In this document: in pieces, positions 1-12,636 of the stretch
Layout of the letters: each line of letters starts with the position of its first letter
Position numbering within the stretch: the stretch's first letter is position 1
Source of the DNA: Callorhinchus milii
Lineage: Eukaryota
Direction: 5' to 3'
Assembly: GCF_018977255.1 (NCBI RefSeq)
Contig: NW_024704742.1
Location: 86,492,001-86,556,000 of the forward strand
DNA: 64,000 nt
The notes under the pieces: generated by a model
What the model was told of the DNA's origin: nothing
The model's database searches: none
Seen by the model: the letters and a program-made list of their open reading frames with translations, nothing else
Position numbers and translations under genes: made by a program

Positions 1-519
1 ATAGTATTGAACTGAGTCTATAAACAAGAATGGGCTGCTGTAAAAAAAATGGAAAATATAGCATTGGTGAAGCAAGGATACTTTGCTGAAATTGGAGTTA
101 AGGCAGAGGAGTTGAAGTTATGGCCTGTTTATGGCCAAAGGCACAGGCACTTGACTCTGACTCGAACCTATGCTATTTTGGACCCGACACTTAATGCTGA
201 CACTGGGTGCCCAAAATGTGAAACTCTTTCATCTCCCTAAATTAATAATCTTTATCTTGATAAGCATAAAATTCAAAAGGTAAGCAAAGAGGGAAAAAAC
301 AATATAGCGTTTGCACAAATAGTTCAATTACTTTGAACACACAGAAACACTTAGCAAGTAAATAGTCTAAAGTTGGTTTTATTCAACAAATTCTGCTTAT
401 GGGTGCAATCGCTAAAAATAGCAACCTTTTTGCTACATCTTTATCAATATCTGGAAGTTTGAATGTTAGAATTAAAAAAAAAGAAAACCTGATAACCCTT
501 ACATTGTCGGAATTCTTAC

Positions 520-638
520 CTTTTGAATTCCAAAGTTTTTACAGCTTCCTTGTTCATTAATAATTTGTGAATTTTTTTATTGTAGTCATCCTTTAAATTA
601 ATTTGATTCATTTGCGAATTTGTTGTAGTACTCCAGTC
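520..638 (-). CDS. CFAP95: CFAP95 (C9orf135) coding exon 3 (DWSTTTNSQMNQINLKDDYNKKIHKLLMNKEAVKTLEFK-R); gene continues beyond the left edge
   Basis: On the - strand: ttacag|GAC...AAAAG|gtaag, 119 nt, phase 0 in and phase 2 out. Resembles human C9orf135 '[40 protein letters not shown]' as recalled. Confidence 0.8.
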
Positions 639-819
639 CTGTAACAATTAATGTGTTACTTTACTTTTTTTATATAGTAATTCTGTTGAATCCTGCAGTT
701 TCCCTCCTCCACCCTCACCACCAAAACCAACATAAACCATAGCAAAACCACCAGCCAACTAGCAGTCCATCCATATTCACTGTCAAGGTTCTGCTATCAA
801 TGTGGAATATGAAAAGGTT

Positions 820-1010
820 TCAGCCTGGCTCAGTTCGTAGGACTCTTATCTCTGAGTCAAAAGACAGAAGCGTGTGGGCTCAGGACTTTGAGTTTATGGT
901 TTAGACTGACACTGTACTGTTAAAATTGCTGTTGTTTGGATGAGATGTTCAACTAACGTCTTCTTTGTGCCTGTTCCTGCCTGTTTAGGTGGATGTTAAA
1001 GATCCCACAG
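820..1010 (+). mobile_element. Old Deu-domain-type tRNA SINE fragment
   Basis: TCAGCCTGGCTCAGTT head and GGTGGATGTTAAAGATCCCA core; similar to 57977-58712. Confidence 0.65.
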
Positions 1011-1473
1011 GGAAGGTTGTATGAAATAAAATGCAAGGATTAGTATTATATTTAAAAGGATTTATATTACATTCCACCCCTTCCCACCCTGCTCATTAAT
1101 CCCCATTGTCTTCATAAAGCATTTTGAGACATGATCCTATGCTATGAAGGCGCTACATAAACGCATTAAGAAATGCTTGTAAATAAACTAAGTGCAATCA
1201 AAATAAACTCAGAAAAAAATGCACAAAGAATTACAGTAAAACAAATACACCACTTGACCATTCAAGTCTGCTGCAATTTGTTGTATATTTAAATTGTTTC
1301 ATTGTTGAAGTATTGCAAGAATTAGTAATCTAAGAGAGATGGGGAAAAAAGAGAAGGAAAACATTCATAGCACATAACATTTATAATGTGCTTGGCACCG
1401 TTTTAAATTTCAGAACCAGTGCTATTTTATGTCTTGGATATAATGTGGGCCTCACCAAAAATTACCTCTCATA

Positions 1474-1490
1474 CTGCCACCTAGTGTTGC
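1474..1490 (-). promoter_or_regulatory. Candidate CTCF site
   Basis: Reverse strand reads CAACACTAGGTGGCAG, close to the CTCF core CCACTAGGTGGCA. Confidence 0.4.
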
Positions 1491-2329
1491 TGTACATCAC
1501 ATACTAATTCCTAAGGAAAATAGTAGCTGCTGGTCAGAGAAAAAATTATTTTGAGAAAATCTGACAAGTCAATACTTGTATCTGATACGTGGTCCATCAA
1601 CAGTCTATTTTTACTCCAGTATTACAAGTTTTGCGGTGAAAATGAGATGTAGGTTGAAACAAAAAGATGGTATTTTATGCACAATACACTGTTATTTAAA
1701 CTGTTGCATAGGAATTGGAACATTGTTCACAAGACCAACTGTCTACAACTATAATTTCAATTGCATCAAATAGTTGGTAGAAGTACTTAACTGTGAAAAG
1801 TATCAGTTATTTGTTATCTGTACAGATAACCTTAAAAAACAAACATTTCTAAGTTCACCAATATTGAGGTATAGAAGTATTATGTGGGGATATCAGAACG
1901 CCTATGTGTATGGATCACTTTAGTTGTAATATTGGATAGTATTGCACCCATTATGTATGATAAGTATGAAAGTAGAATAGAACCGATAGTTCTGTTCCTT
2001 CACATCCAACCAAGAACACTCTGGTATCCAATTGGTAACTGACGACTCTTAACACAAACATATTATGATTTAAGTACAATTATAATGGAACATGGCCTGG
2101 AAGCATCAAATAAGAATAGTTGATATATACATCATAGTCGATAATAAACTTCAAGGCAAATGTTCATTGATCAGTTTTGTTTACACAAATGTGCCAGTCA
2201 AGCTAAAATATCAAGAGAAATCCATAATTAGATGGCTACCTTGAATCCAATGTAACTTGTAACATTCTTCATAAAATCTATTTTGTAGAGTTAAATTTTC
2301 TGTGGGTGTAATAATAATAAATAATAATA

Positions 2330-2590
2330 ATAGGAAGGGAAAGGAGGCCACCAAGCTTGTTTCACCAGTTTATTAGATCTAAGCCAAATTTGTAATCCCA
2401 ATGCTCTACTCTTTCAACATACTCATTAATACCTCCACTCTCTCACTTTTAAACATCGCTATTGATTTCTCCATTACAGCTTTCTGGAGTAGAGCATTCC
2501 ACATCTTTGCAATCCTTTGTTTGATGAAATATTTCATGACCTCAGTTATAACTGTCTTCGTTCTGAGTTTACGGTTATGCCTCCTTGAAA
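2330..2590 (-). mobile_element. Old CR1 3' fragment
   Basis: KYFIKQRIAKMWNALLQKAV, a CR1 ORF2 C-terminus-like peptide. Confidence 0.6.
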
Positions 2591-2644
2591 TATAAGGTTT
2601 TATAGGAATATAACTCCAGCCTACCAACACCTCTCACCATAGTT

Positions 2645-2957
2645 GGAGTCCTGTAGCCCAGTGGCTACAGCACTCACTTTGCAAGTGAGAGACCTGAGTT
2701 CAATTCCAGGCAGGGCGAAACCTTGGGCAAGTTTCCTTACTCCACACACCTAATAATAATCCCTCCAAAACCAAAAACAATAATAAATTGGTCATTTTCA
2801 ATCTACAACTGTTTGTGGGACATTGCTGTGCGCAATTGGCTGCTGCGTTCGCCCACAAATATACAGTCAATTCACTTTACAGTGTGTTCTGTGAAGTGCT
2901 TTGGGATGTCCTCCCGACGTGAAAAGCGCTATATCAAATGCAAGGATTATTATTATT
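2645..2957 (+). mobile_element. Young tRNA-derived SINE, full length (short form)
   Basis: tRNA-like head with A/B boxes and a TGC anticodon-like loop, L2-like 3' end, (TTA)n tail; near-identical copies elsewhere in the window. Confidence 0.9.
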
Positions 2958-4894
2958 AGTTTAGGGCCTGCAGTGCAGGAATTAAGGTACTGAACCACTG
3001 CTGGATGCTCTCCAAGATGGAAATGAATGAGATGCATCTGGCTTAGGGAAAGTTCCAAAACATGTGAGTTGATTTTCCACCTGTTAACAATTTGGATGCC
3101 CTGTAGGAAATGGTGTTCAATCACATTTGGATATTATTATGCTGATTTGCAAATCCCAACATAGGTTTTACACAGCCCTAAATCTCTTACACTCTAAATC
3201 TTTTATTCAGTGGAGTAAAAACAAGAATTTTGCCAATTGATGTGACATGAATGTAATTAACTTTGGTAACAATGTAATCTCTGAATGGTTAGATTGTGCT
3301 TTTAGGAGCCAGGTCAGTACTGAGGCTATACCTGCAGACCCAAGTCGATATATTTGAAGTTTTTAAAAATATCTTTCAAAAATGTCAGTTAAAATGAGTG
3401 CGCAAATCATAATGATGTACAGTATAATCATGGACTAATACCAAATAGTTTTGCATGTACTGATCTGAACTATAATACTGTATGCCTGATGACATATTTC
3501 CAGTAATAGTTTTATTCTGAAAGCACCCTGTTATGTAACAGTGGTTGAAATAAATTTCTCTACAGTGAAAGGCATGACTCAAGTCAACTTCTCTATGAAT
3601 ATCGTAATCAAAGGGTTCAATGACAAAAAAGGATCACTTGACACTGGATATTCCAGGAGGGCGAATGTGCAACAAGATAAAAGTTTAAAACTCATATGTA
3701 AACTGGATTTAAGAAACTTATATAGAGCAGGAAATGATGATACTGGTGTTGAATTATTGGGAATTCGGTGAGTAATTCTTAATGGAGATTTCTGTGGAGG
3801 CTATATGCCGTTTTCCAATCACAATTGGGAGTAGCCACTTGTAATCAGTCTTTATTAATGACTCACATTATGACTCACTGTAATTTAGACACCGCCCCAC
3901 CCCCTTGCCCGAGACATAAAATGAGAAAAATTGGTCGAAAGACTTAATATGTGGTTGTAGAACTTCAGAAAACATTTGTCATTCTATATTGGTAGCCATT
4001 GCATCCACAAACTTACTGGATTTACAGAAGTCACACAAAAGGGTTTTCAGAGAACATCTTACAAGAGGAGAGAGTTGGTTTTGCAATAGGGTGGCAAGGA
4101 CTTGATGCCAATCTAACCCTTCACCTGTAACCAGCTGATTTCAAATATTATGGATAGGTGTTCCCAAATGCATACCATTGTGTTTTTGTTACTCCAGCAA
4201 ATCTGGAATACCTGTTTGAGGCATTAAAAATACCAACATCTGGTGCGTTTGGTTGACGTGTCTCTCTGTTGTGCTCCAGTTGCTCACCTTTGAATGGTGG
4301 TCACCAAAGACAGGCCTGGGGAAGATCCAGATGATGAATATTCTAATCAGACATTGTGCACCCTTTTCTCTGAAAAGTAACAGTATCATCCAATTGATGC
4401 AGACTATCTGCAGATTTGATGTCCTCCTGCACTTAGTCACAGTTCTTCTTTGAAATGGTTAAATTCTCAGAATTCAGCAGAACTAAATTAAAATGATTTA
4501 TTATGTAAAGATGTGAAGGATTATACAGTACCATTGAGTGTTTTGCACAATGCTCTACATCGCGGATATATCAGATTGAGGAAGAATCGATGAAATTAAG
4601 ACACAGTGCTTTACATACATGAATGAATGATAAACGTATCAAGCAGAAATAAAGTAAAACATTACAACAGCGCTTACAAACTAATTTTAGTGCACTCAGA
4701 GATTAATCTATCCTATACTTACCAGATGCCAGCACTCTGTGAAATTACTTTCTGCATCATGGAATATATAGAACTGATTTCCATTCTTACAGTCAGTGGG
4801 TATATTTTTTGTGCTTCCAGTCCTGTGATCTACTTGAAATTATATTGTGTACATTTTACTTTGCTACCTGTTTTAATTTGTATTGTATAATAAT

Positions 4895-5285
4895 ATAATA
4901 ATAATCCTTGCATTTGGTATAGCGCCTCATCACGTCAGAAGGACGTCTCAAAGCGCTTCACAGGATTTACTGTGAAATGGAGTGACTGTGAAATTTGTAG
5001 GCAAATACAGTAGCACATGTCCCATAAACCAGCCATGAAACCAGTGACCAATTTATTTGTGGGATTGTTGCCCAGGACATCAAGAAAACTCCCTTTTTTC
5101 AAATAGTGCCATAGAATCTTTAACCTGAACAGGCAGATGGGACCTCAGTTTAACGTCTCATCTGAAAGACTGCACCTCTGACAATGCAGCATACACTAGT
5201 AATGCACTGGAGTGTCATCTTGGGATGAAGTCCCGACACGGAATTTGAACCCACAACCTTCTGTCTCAGAAGCAAGCTAACCTCG
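4895..5285 (-). mobile_element. Old Deu-type SINE
   Basis: Reverse complement contains the GATGAGACGTTAAACTGAGG core and an L2-type tail. Confidence 0.7.
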
Positions 5286-5624
5286 ATCCACATGCGGTAA
5301 TCGTACAGGATTTGTGGATTTTTTGTTCATGGGTATCATAACCAAGGGATGTGTTTGACCCTCTGTGATCGCTACCATTAATTTCTTGGCAAAGAAACTT
5401 CAGGAACTCTGACTAAATTCCTGCTTCTCAAAATGGGGATTAAATTTGGTCCATTTGTCCATCTTCATCTTGATTTTGCAATCTTTGTTTTCACCAGAGT
5501 GTGACGTTAGAATCATTAGCACTCAGTAGTGAGTGTATCTACAAAACATACAATCAACCTGCTTTATAGTATACCTGTAAGGCACTTACTCCCAACGTGA
5601 AAGGCTCTATATCAAATGGAAGGA

Positions 5625-6307
5625 TAATAATAATCATAATCTTTGTATTTGATATTGTGGAGTCCTGTAGCTCAGTGGTTAGAGCACTCGTCTTGCAAGT
5701 GAGAGACCTGGGTTCAATTCCAGGCAGGGCGAAACCTTGGGCAAGTTCCCTTACTACACACACCTAATAATAATCCCTTCAAAAAACAAAAACATTAATA
5801 AATTGATCATTTTCAATCCACGACTGTTTGTGGGACACTGCAATTGGCTGCAGCGTTTTGCCCACAAATATACAGTCAATTCACTTTACAGCATATTCTG
5901 TGAAGCGCTTTGAGACATCTAGAAGATGTGAAAAACGCTATATCAAATGCAAGGATTATTATTATTATCATTAGTGCCTTATCACATCTTCGAGATGTCT
6001 CAAAGTGATTCATAAAATGTACTCTAAAGTGAATTGACTGTGTATTTTGTGGGCGAAACCCGGCAGCTTATTGCGCACAGCAGTGTCCCACAAGTCGTGG
6101 ATTGAGTAACCAAATTGTTTTTTTAATTTTTGGAAGTGATTATTAACCCCAGAAAAGCAATCCGCCAATCAGGTCCCTGCATACTGCTCGGTAAACAGAG
6201 GCGTGTGGAGTAAGAGAACTTGCCTAACGTTTCACCCTGCCAGGAATCGAACTAAGATCCTCTCACTTGCGAGGCAAGTGCTCTAACAAATACGTTACTG
6301 GACTCCA
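5625..6307 (-). mobile_element. tRNA-SINE (long form), interrupted by the 5659-5970 copy
   Basis: Tail ...TTTGATAT at about 5625-5655 resumes as TAGTGCCTT at about 5972; head GGACTCC at about 6300-6306. Confidence 0.8.
5659..5970 (+). mobile_element. Young tRNA-SINE inserted into the tail of an antisense SINE
   Basis: Same family as 2645-2957. Confidence 0.9.
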
Positions 6308-7017
6308 CCTGATATATTCTTGGAGCTACTTCCATGAACCCCTCCAAAAGACCCACATGATAAAAAAAACAGGTTTATTTAAGGATTATGATTACATACC
6401 TTGTTGCTCATTGAGAATGGGTGTGGAATAGTTCAGATTACCTCCTATTAGGTGCTGTAATTTATAAATGGTATTATGCAAAAATGCTGTTCCTATTAGA
6501 ATCTACAAGATAGGCTGTAAATAAATGTACTTGCCTCCATAAACAGTCTAACATGCTTTAATAATGACACAAACTGCTGAAAATCAAATCATAATCAAGC
6601 AGATCAGTCAACAGATGAAGGGGAAAAATAAATTAATTTGTCAAGTAACAAGATTGGTTCAGATGACCATCACTCAGCCCATCTGATCTCATCCCTCCAA
6701 TAGTACCAACCTCAGTGTCCTTCCATCACCATCAAGCTTTTTTTAAATTAGTACAGTGTCGTGTCCTCAACCACGCTTCTTGGTAACCTACAACTCTTCT
6801 ACCATCACAAGGGAATTTTGGGCCCTACTGTGATCTGCAAATTGTGGACAGGCAGTGAACAAAGTGACCAATTTCAATGTCAAAGGTATTTCCCACGTGA
6901 TGACTCTTGAGTCAGTCCTATCTGAGTAACTATTTCACCCCAAGGATAAAGTAAAATATAAATTGTAAACAGAAACTGTGCGCTAAATTACTCATACAAT
7001 TCAAATGAATTTCTTAC

Positions 7018-7126
7018 TCCTTCACGAGTTCCAAACCGTTTATATGTCGATAGTCTTAGGTTTTTCTGATTCATTTGAACATCATCTATATCATAATCCT
7101 TTGGTTCAGCTTCCCTGCGCTGATAC
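7018..7126 (-). CDS. CFAP95: CFAP95 coding exon 2 (W-YQRREAEPKDYDIDDVQMNQKNLRLSTYKRFGTREG)
   Basis: ctgcag|G TAT...GGA|gtaag, 109 nt, phase matches both neighbouring exons. Resembles human 'WHRDREAFPKGYDIE...STYRRLGTDES'. Confidence 0.88.
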
Positions 7127-8760
7127 CTGCAGAGAAAAAAAGATGAATGTGTGGTGATGTGTTTGATTTGATTACATGTTTTTTTCCCTTAAAATAGATG
7201 ATTATGCACTGATTTCAAAACCCAAACTTATTTTATGACAAACAAAATATATTTTGTTGTCTGCATATTAACATTGTACCTGAGGTCTGTGGTTTAATTG
7301 TTGTTGTTTATTTGGTTCACATTAGATTGGTTACTTATTAGGATTACTGTGGAGCCCCATTACAACACAGTTGTTGGGATTCATAAAATCCCAACCTCCA
7401 CTGTACTGAGGGGAGATGATCTGTTTCACTGAGCATGCAGGTAGCTAGTCAGCCTCTCCCTACGTGTTAGCTCATTCCCACATGGCCAAATACCAGTCAT
7501 CAGTTTGCTGCTGATGTCACTTTCTGTATACTGTACATGAGCAAAACAAGTAGTAATATCAGGGGCAACATGATGGCCCTTAAAGTTGGTTATTCTAACA
7601 TGAGAACCAGCTGGGTGAGGGAAGTAATGTATTAATTCACACTGTTACCACATCATAAAACATTCCACCCTAATTTATCAATTGGCTACAGATAATTATA
7701 CGGGGTGTTCATAAAGTCCTGTTAACCCCATGTTTTTTTTACACAGTGAACTGATCAACAATTGAAACATGTGGAAGAATGATGATAATTGTATTCAGAA
7801 ATACTTAATTGCATTCAGTACAATTGTTTAACTGTATTTAGACGTCCTGAGGATCAGTGTGTGTGAACGCCATCATTTTCATGGCAGATAATGATCCTTC
7901 GCTATGTTTAGTGCCACATCTTCCGTAACATGATGGAGTCACGAGGTGAAGTGTATATCTGACAACTTATTTTCGCTCCTCTATAGTCTCATATTGCTGT
8001 TTAGTAACAGGGGCTAGAGCTTTAAATTTGTTAGGCTGGATAAGAATTCAAGATAAGCCAGAGGTTTACTGTATAGATATAGATCACAACAGCTGGATCC
8101 AAACCTGACTCATAGCTGCCCCTGGACCTACCAGCCTATGAATTAAAGCATTGGTCGCAGGGTACCAATTTTCTTCTGATCGTTTGGTTAAGCTGAGTTA
8201 ACTGGCAAGTCACTTTTCAGTGTTGATTTGATGCAATGTAGAATAGGGAATACAATACAAAATGAAAACTTCCCTCTCCACACTTCGATACTGCTGGGGA
8301 TTAAGCCACTTGTCCAGTGCCTTGGGACATCCTCCTGACATGAAAGGCGCTGTACAAATGTAATTTGGTATTGTATTGTATTCTCAACACAGCAGTGAGC
8401 ACATCATTAAAAGGCTGCCTAAACATCAGGATCTATTTTTTTCAAAAAAGGTTTGATTTCCAAAAATATATAATAGATTAAGCAACTTTAACATATTTTT
8501 GTTTCTATCCTTTATTTTTAAATGAGTAGTAATAGACTCGCTCAATAGCAGTTGTAGAGCATTATCAGTACTTAAGAATAACCACTTGAATTTGTATGCA
8601 GTAATGCCCTTTACATGGTAGTGTCTTGGAGTGCTTAATTTTGACAAGCTTCAATATCCAGCCAGCAGGGCAGCATTCGCTCTTACCTATACCATAGCAT
8701 TGTAAGAGAAAGGGTACAATGTATGGCTCAGGGCAAAGTGCACGTTTATTTCAAACTTAC

Positions 8761-8858
8761 CAGTTTGAGGTCAGGGTAGGTCTACTATAAAATCCCAAAG
8801 TATTCGAGCGGAGAGAAAGAGATCCTTTACGATCCACATCTTCGGGTGCAAAATCCAT
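8761..8858 (-). CDS. CFAP95: CFAP95 coding exon 1 (MDFAPEDVDRKGSLSLRSNTLGFYSRPTLTSN-W), cilia- and flagella-associated protein 95
   Basis: ATG at 8858 with an in-frame TAG upstream; ends TG|gtaagt. Resembles human 'DLVERKGSLTLRS...YSKPVLVYSW'. Head-to-head with PTAR1, matching the human chr9 arrangement as recalled. Possible acceptor tacag| at 8905. Confidence 0.88.
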
Positions 8859-9084
8859 CTCTTTCTGTTGAACCAACTATTCCTCCTAACCTCACTTTCA
8901 CTGTCCTGTATATGTGTGCAGGTCACTTACACCTTCACCTTGCACTCTCTAATTGGCCACAGTGCAGCTCACTACTCTGAATGTCCTTTGTCGCTTTGAT
9001 CTTTAATTCCTTTTATCTCTCATTAACTTTACTTTCTCACCTATTGGTTGTCTATTTTTTGTTCTCTTTCTTGGCTTCTGTTTC

Positions 9085-12000
9085 TAGAGTCTCCCTCTCT
9101 GAGTGTGTGTGTTTCTGTGTGTGTGTGTCTCTCTCTCTCTCCCTGAGTTTGTGTGTGTCTGTCAGTCTCTGTGAATCCCTGTGTGTGTGTGTGTGTGTGA
9201 TCTCTGAGTCTCTATCTGTGTGTCTCAGTGTGTGTGCCTCTCTGAGTCTGTGTGCGTCTCTCTCTCTGTATCTCTGTCTCCGAGTCTCTGTATTTCTCTC
9301 TCTGGCTGTTTATAGAAATAGTTTATGTCTCTAACTCTCTAACTAAGTGTGTATAGCAGTTGTCTGTATATGACTATCTAGTAGGTAGTCTCTCTGACTG
9401 AAACTCAGTGTGTATAGCAGTAGGTAGTCTGCCTCTCTCTCTCTCTCTCTGCCTTAACCCCTCTCTATCTGTCTCTCTCTCTCTGTCTGTCTCTTTGTCT
9501 CTCTCTCTGCCTGTCTGCCTATTTGTCTGCCTGTCTCTCTGTGACGGTCTTGATGTGTCTGTCTCTGCCTGTCTTGATGTCTCTCTCTGTCTGCTTGTCT
9601 CTCTCTCTCTGCCTGTCTCTATCTGCCTGTCTCTCTGTCTCCCTGTCCCTCTCTCTGTCTCCCTGTCCCTCTCTGTGTCTCTCTGTCCCTCTCTGTCTCT
9701 CTGTCCCTTTCTGTGTCTCCCTGTCCCTCTCTCTTACTCCCTGTCCCTCTCTCTGTCTCCCTGTCCCTCTCTGTGTCTCCCTGTCCCTCTCTGTGTCTCT
9801 CTGTCCCTCTCTGTGTCTCTCTCCCTGTCTCTCTGTCCCTCTCTGTCTCTCTGTCTCCCTGTCCCTCTCGGTGTCTCTCTGTCCCTCTCTGTGTCTCTCT
9901 CCCTGTCTCTCTGTCCCTCTCTGTCTCTCTGTCTCCCTGTCCCTTTCTGTGTCTCCCTGTCCCTCTCAGTGTCTCTCTCTGTCTCTCTGTCCCTTTCTGT
10001 GTCTCCCTGTCCCTCTCAGTGTCTCTCTCTGTCTCTCTGTCCCTTTCTGTGTCTCCCTGTCCCTCCCTCTGTCTCCCTGTCCCTCTCTGTCTCCGTCCCT
10101 CTGTGTCTCCCTGTCCCTGTCTCTGTCACCCTGTCCCTCTCTCTGTCTCCCTGTCCCTCTCTGTCTCTCTGTCCCTCTCAGTGTCTCCCTGTCCCTCTCA
10201 GTGTCTCCCTGTCCCTCTGTGTCTCCCTGTCCCTCTCAGTGTCTCCCTGTCCCTCTCTGTCTCCCTGTCCCTCTCCCTGTCTCCCTGTCCCTCTCTGTGT
10301 CTCCCTGTCCCTCTCAGTGTCTCCCTGTCCCTCTGTGTCTCCCTGTCCCTCTCAGTGTCTCCCTGTCCCTCTCTGTCTCCCTGTCCCTCTCCCTGTCTCC
10401 CTGTCCCTCTCTGTGTCTCCCTGTCCCTCTCAGTGTCTCCCTGTCCCTCTGTGTCTCCCTGTCCCTCTCAGTGTCTCCCTGTCCCTCTGTGTCTCCCTGT
10501 CCCTCTCCCTGTCTCCCTGTCCCTCTCTGTGTCTCCCTGTCCCTCTCTGTGTCTCTCTCCCTGTCTCTCTGTCCCTCTGTCTCCCTGTCCCTCTCAGTGT
10601 CTCTCTCTGTCTCTCTGTCCCTTTCTGTGTCTCCCTGTCCCTCTCTGTGTCTCCCTGTCCCTCTCTGTCTCCGTCCCTCTGTGTCTCCCTGTCCCTGTCT
10701 CTGTCACCCTGTCCCTCTCTCTGTCTCCCTGTCCCTCTGTCTCCCTGTCCCTCTCAGTGTCTCCCTGTCCCTCTCAGTGTCTCCATGTCCCTCTCAGTGT
10801 CTCCCTGTCCCTCTCTGTGTCTCGTCCCTCTCTCTGTCTCCCTGTTCCTCTCAGTGTCTCCCTGTCCCTCTCTCTGTCTCCCTGTCCCTCTCTCTGTCTC
10901 CCTGTCCCTCTCTGTGTCTCCCTGTCCCTCTCTGTGTCTCCCTGTCCCTCTCTCTGTCTCCCTGTCCCTCTCTGTGTCTCCCTGTCCCTCTCTGTGTCTC
11001 TCTCCCTGTCCCTCTCTGTGTCTCTCTCCCTGTCCCTCTCTGTGTCTCTCCTCCCTGTCTCTCTATCCCTCTCTGTCTCTCTGTCTCCCTGTCCCTCTCA
11101 GTGTCTCTCTGTCCCTCTCTGTGTCTCCCTGTCCCTCTCTCTGTCTGCCTGTCCCTCTCTGTGTCTCCCTGTCCCTCTCTGTCCCTCTCTGTGTCTCCCT
11201 CCCTGTCTCTCTATCCCTCTCTGTCTCTCTGTCCCTTTCTGTGTCTCCCTGTCCCTCTCTGTCTCCCTGTCCCTCTCTCTGTCTCCCTGTCCCTCTCTGT
11301 CTGTCTCCCTATGTCCCTCTATGTCTCCCTATGTCTCCCTATGTCCCTCTCTGTCTCCCCATGTCCCTCTCTGTCTCCCTATGTCCCTCTCTCTGTCTCC
11401 CTATGTCCCTCTCTCTGTCTCCCTGTCCCTCTCTGTCTCCCTATGTCCCTCTCTCTGTCTCCCTGTATCCCTGTCCCTCTCTGTCTTCCTGTCCCTCTGT
11501 CCCTCTCTGTCTCCCTGTGTCCCTCCCTATGTCCCTCTCTGTCTCTCTATGTCCCTCTCCGTCTCCCTGTGTCCCTCTCTGTCTCCCTGTGTCCCTCTCT
11601 GTCTCCCTGTGTCCCTCTCTGTCTCCCTGTGTCCCTCTCTGTCTCCCTGTCCCTCTCTGTCTCCCTGTGTCCCTCTCTGTCTCCCTGTCCCTCTCTGTCT
11701 CCCTGTGTCCCTCTCTGTCTCCCTGTGTCCCTCTCTGTCTCCCTGTGTCCCTCTCTGTCTCCGTGTCCCTCTCTGTCTCCCTGTGTCCCTCTCTGTCTCC
11801 CTGTGTCCCTCTCTGTCTCCCTGTCCCTCTCTGTCTCCCTGTGTCCCTCTCTGTCTCCCTGTGTCCCTCTCTGTCTCCCTGTCCCTCTCTGTCTCCCTGT
11901 GTCCCTCTCTGTCTCCCTGTGTCCCTCTCTGTCTCCCTGTGTCCCTCTCTGTCTCCCTGTCCCTCTCTGTCTCCCTGTGTCCCTCTCTGTCTCCCTGTGT

Positions 12001-12420
12001 CCCTCTCTGTCTCCCTGTGTCCCTCTCTGTCTCCCGGTGTCCCTCTCTGTCTCCCTGTGTCCCTCTCTGTCTCCCTGTGTCCCTCTGTGTCTCTCTCTCT
12101 GTCTCCCTGTGTGTCTCTCTGTGTCCCCCTGTGTGTCCCTCTCTGTCTCCCTGTGTGTCTCTCTGTCTCCCCCTGTGTGTCCCTCTCTGTCTCCCTCTCT
12201 GTCTCCCTGTGTCCCTCTCTGTCTCCCTGTGTCCCTCTCTGTCTCCCTGTGTCCCTCTCTGTCTCCCTGTGTCCCTCTCTGTCTCCTGTGTCCCTCTCTG
12301 TCTCCCTGTGTCCCTCTCTGTCTCCCTGTGTCCCTCTCTGTCTCCCTGTGTCCCTCTCTGTCTCCCTGTGTCCCTCTCTGTCTCCCTGTGTCCCTCTCTG
12401 TCTCCCTGTGTCCCTCTCTG
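9085..12420. repeat. Pyrimidine-rich minisatellite, 18-20-nt units (GTCTCCCTGT[GT]CCCTCTCT), about 3.3 kb
   Basis: Read directly: degenerate (CT/GT)n on the left, homogeneous 20-mer at 11570-12420. Confidence 0.97.
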
Positions 12421-12527
12421 ACTGCTTTGCTGTGTCTCTTGACTCAGTGTCTATAGTAGTAACCGCATCACTCTGGGGATTGAATGAGCGCGGCGGGAAA
12501 AAATAGTGCCGATCTCTCAGCATTCAC

Positions 12528-12630
12528 TTGGCTCGATTTGTGAACTTGGACACAAGGAATTAAAAAAAAACGTAAATGAAGTATAAAAGGATCAGGAAAA
12601 TAACACTTCCGAGGAGCGTTTGTCCTGATC
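12528..12630 (-). other. CFAP95: Putative non-coding first exon of CFAP95
   Basis: Locally CpG-rich unique segment (about 12480-12730), candidate donor CAA|GTGAAT at 12527, RFX-like motifs just upstream on the - strand. The TSS is inferred. Confidence 0.4.
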
Positions 12631-12636
12631 AAAGCA

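Noticed and set aside
4723..4829. Possible extra CFAP95 exon, or U1 snRNA 5' end (ATACTTACC)
   Set aside because: Strong donor, but candidate lengths (100, 107, 110 nt) break the frame, the peptide has no resemblance, the flanking exons already join correctly, and U1 similarity ends after about 9 nt.
7699..7960. Mariner-like terminus TA|CGGGGTGTTCA
   Set aside because: No matching second TIR or transposase motif that I can support.
9408..12523. ORFs of 360-1032 aa in several frames
   Set aside because: Stop-free translations of a CT minisatellite, open in several frames, low complexity.
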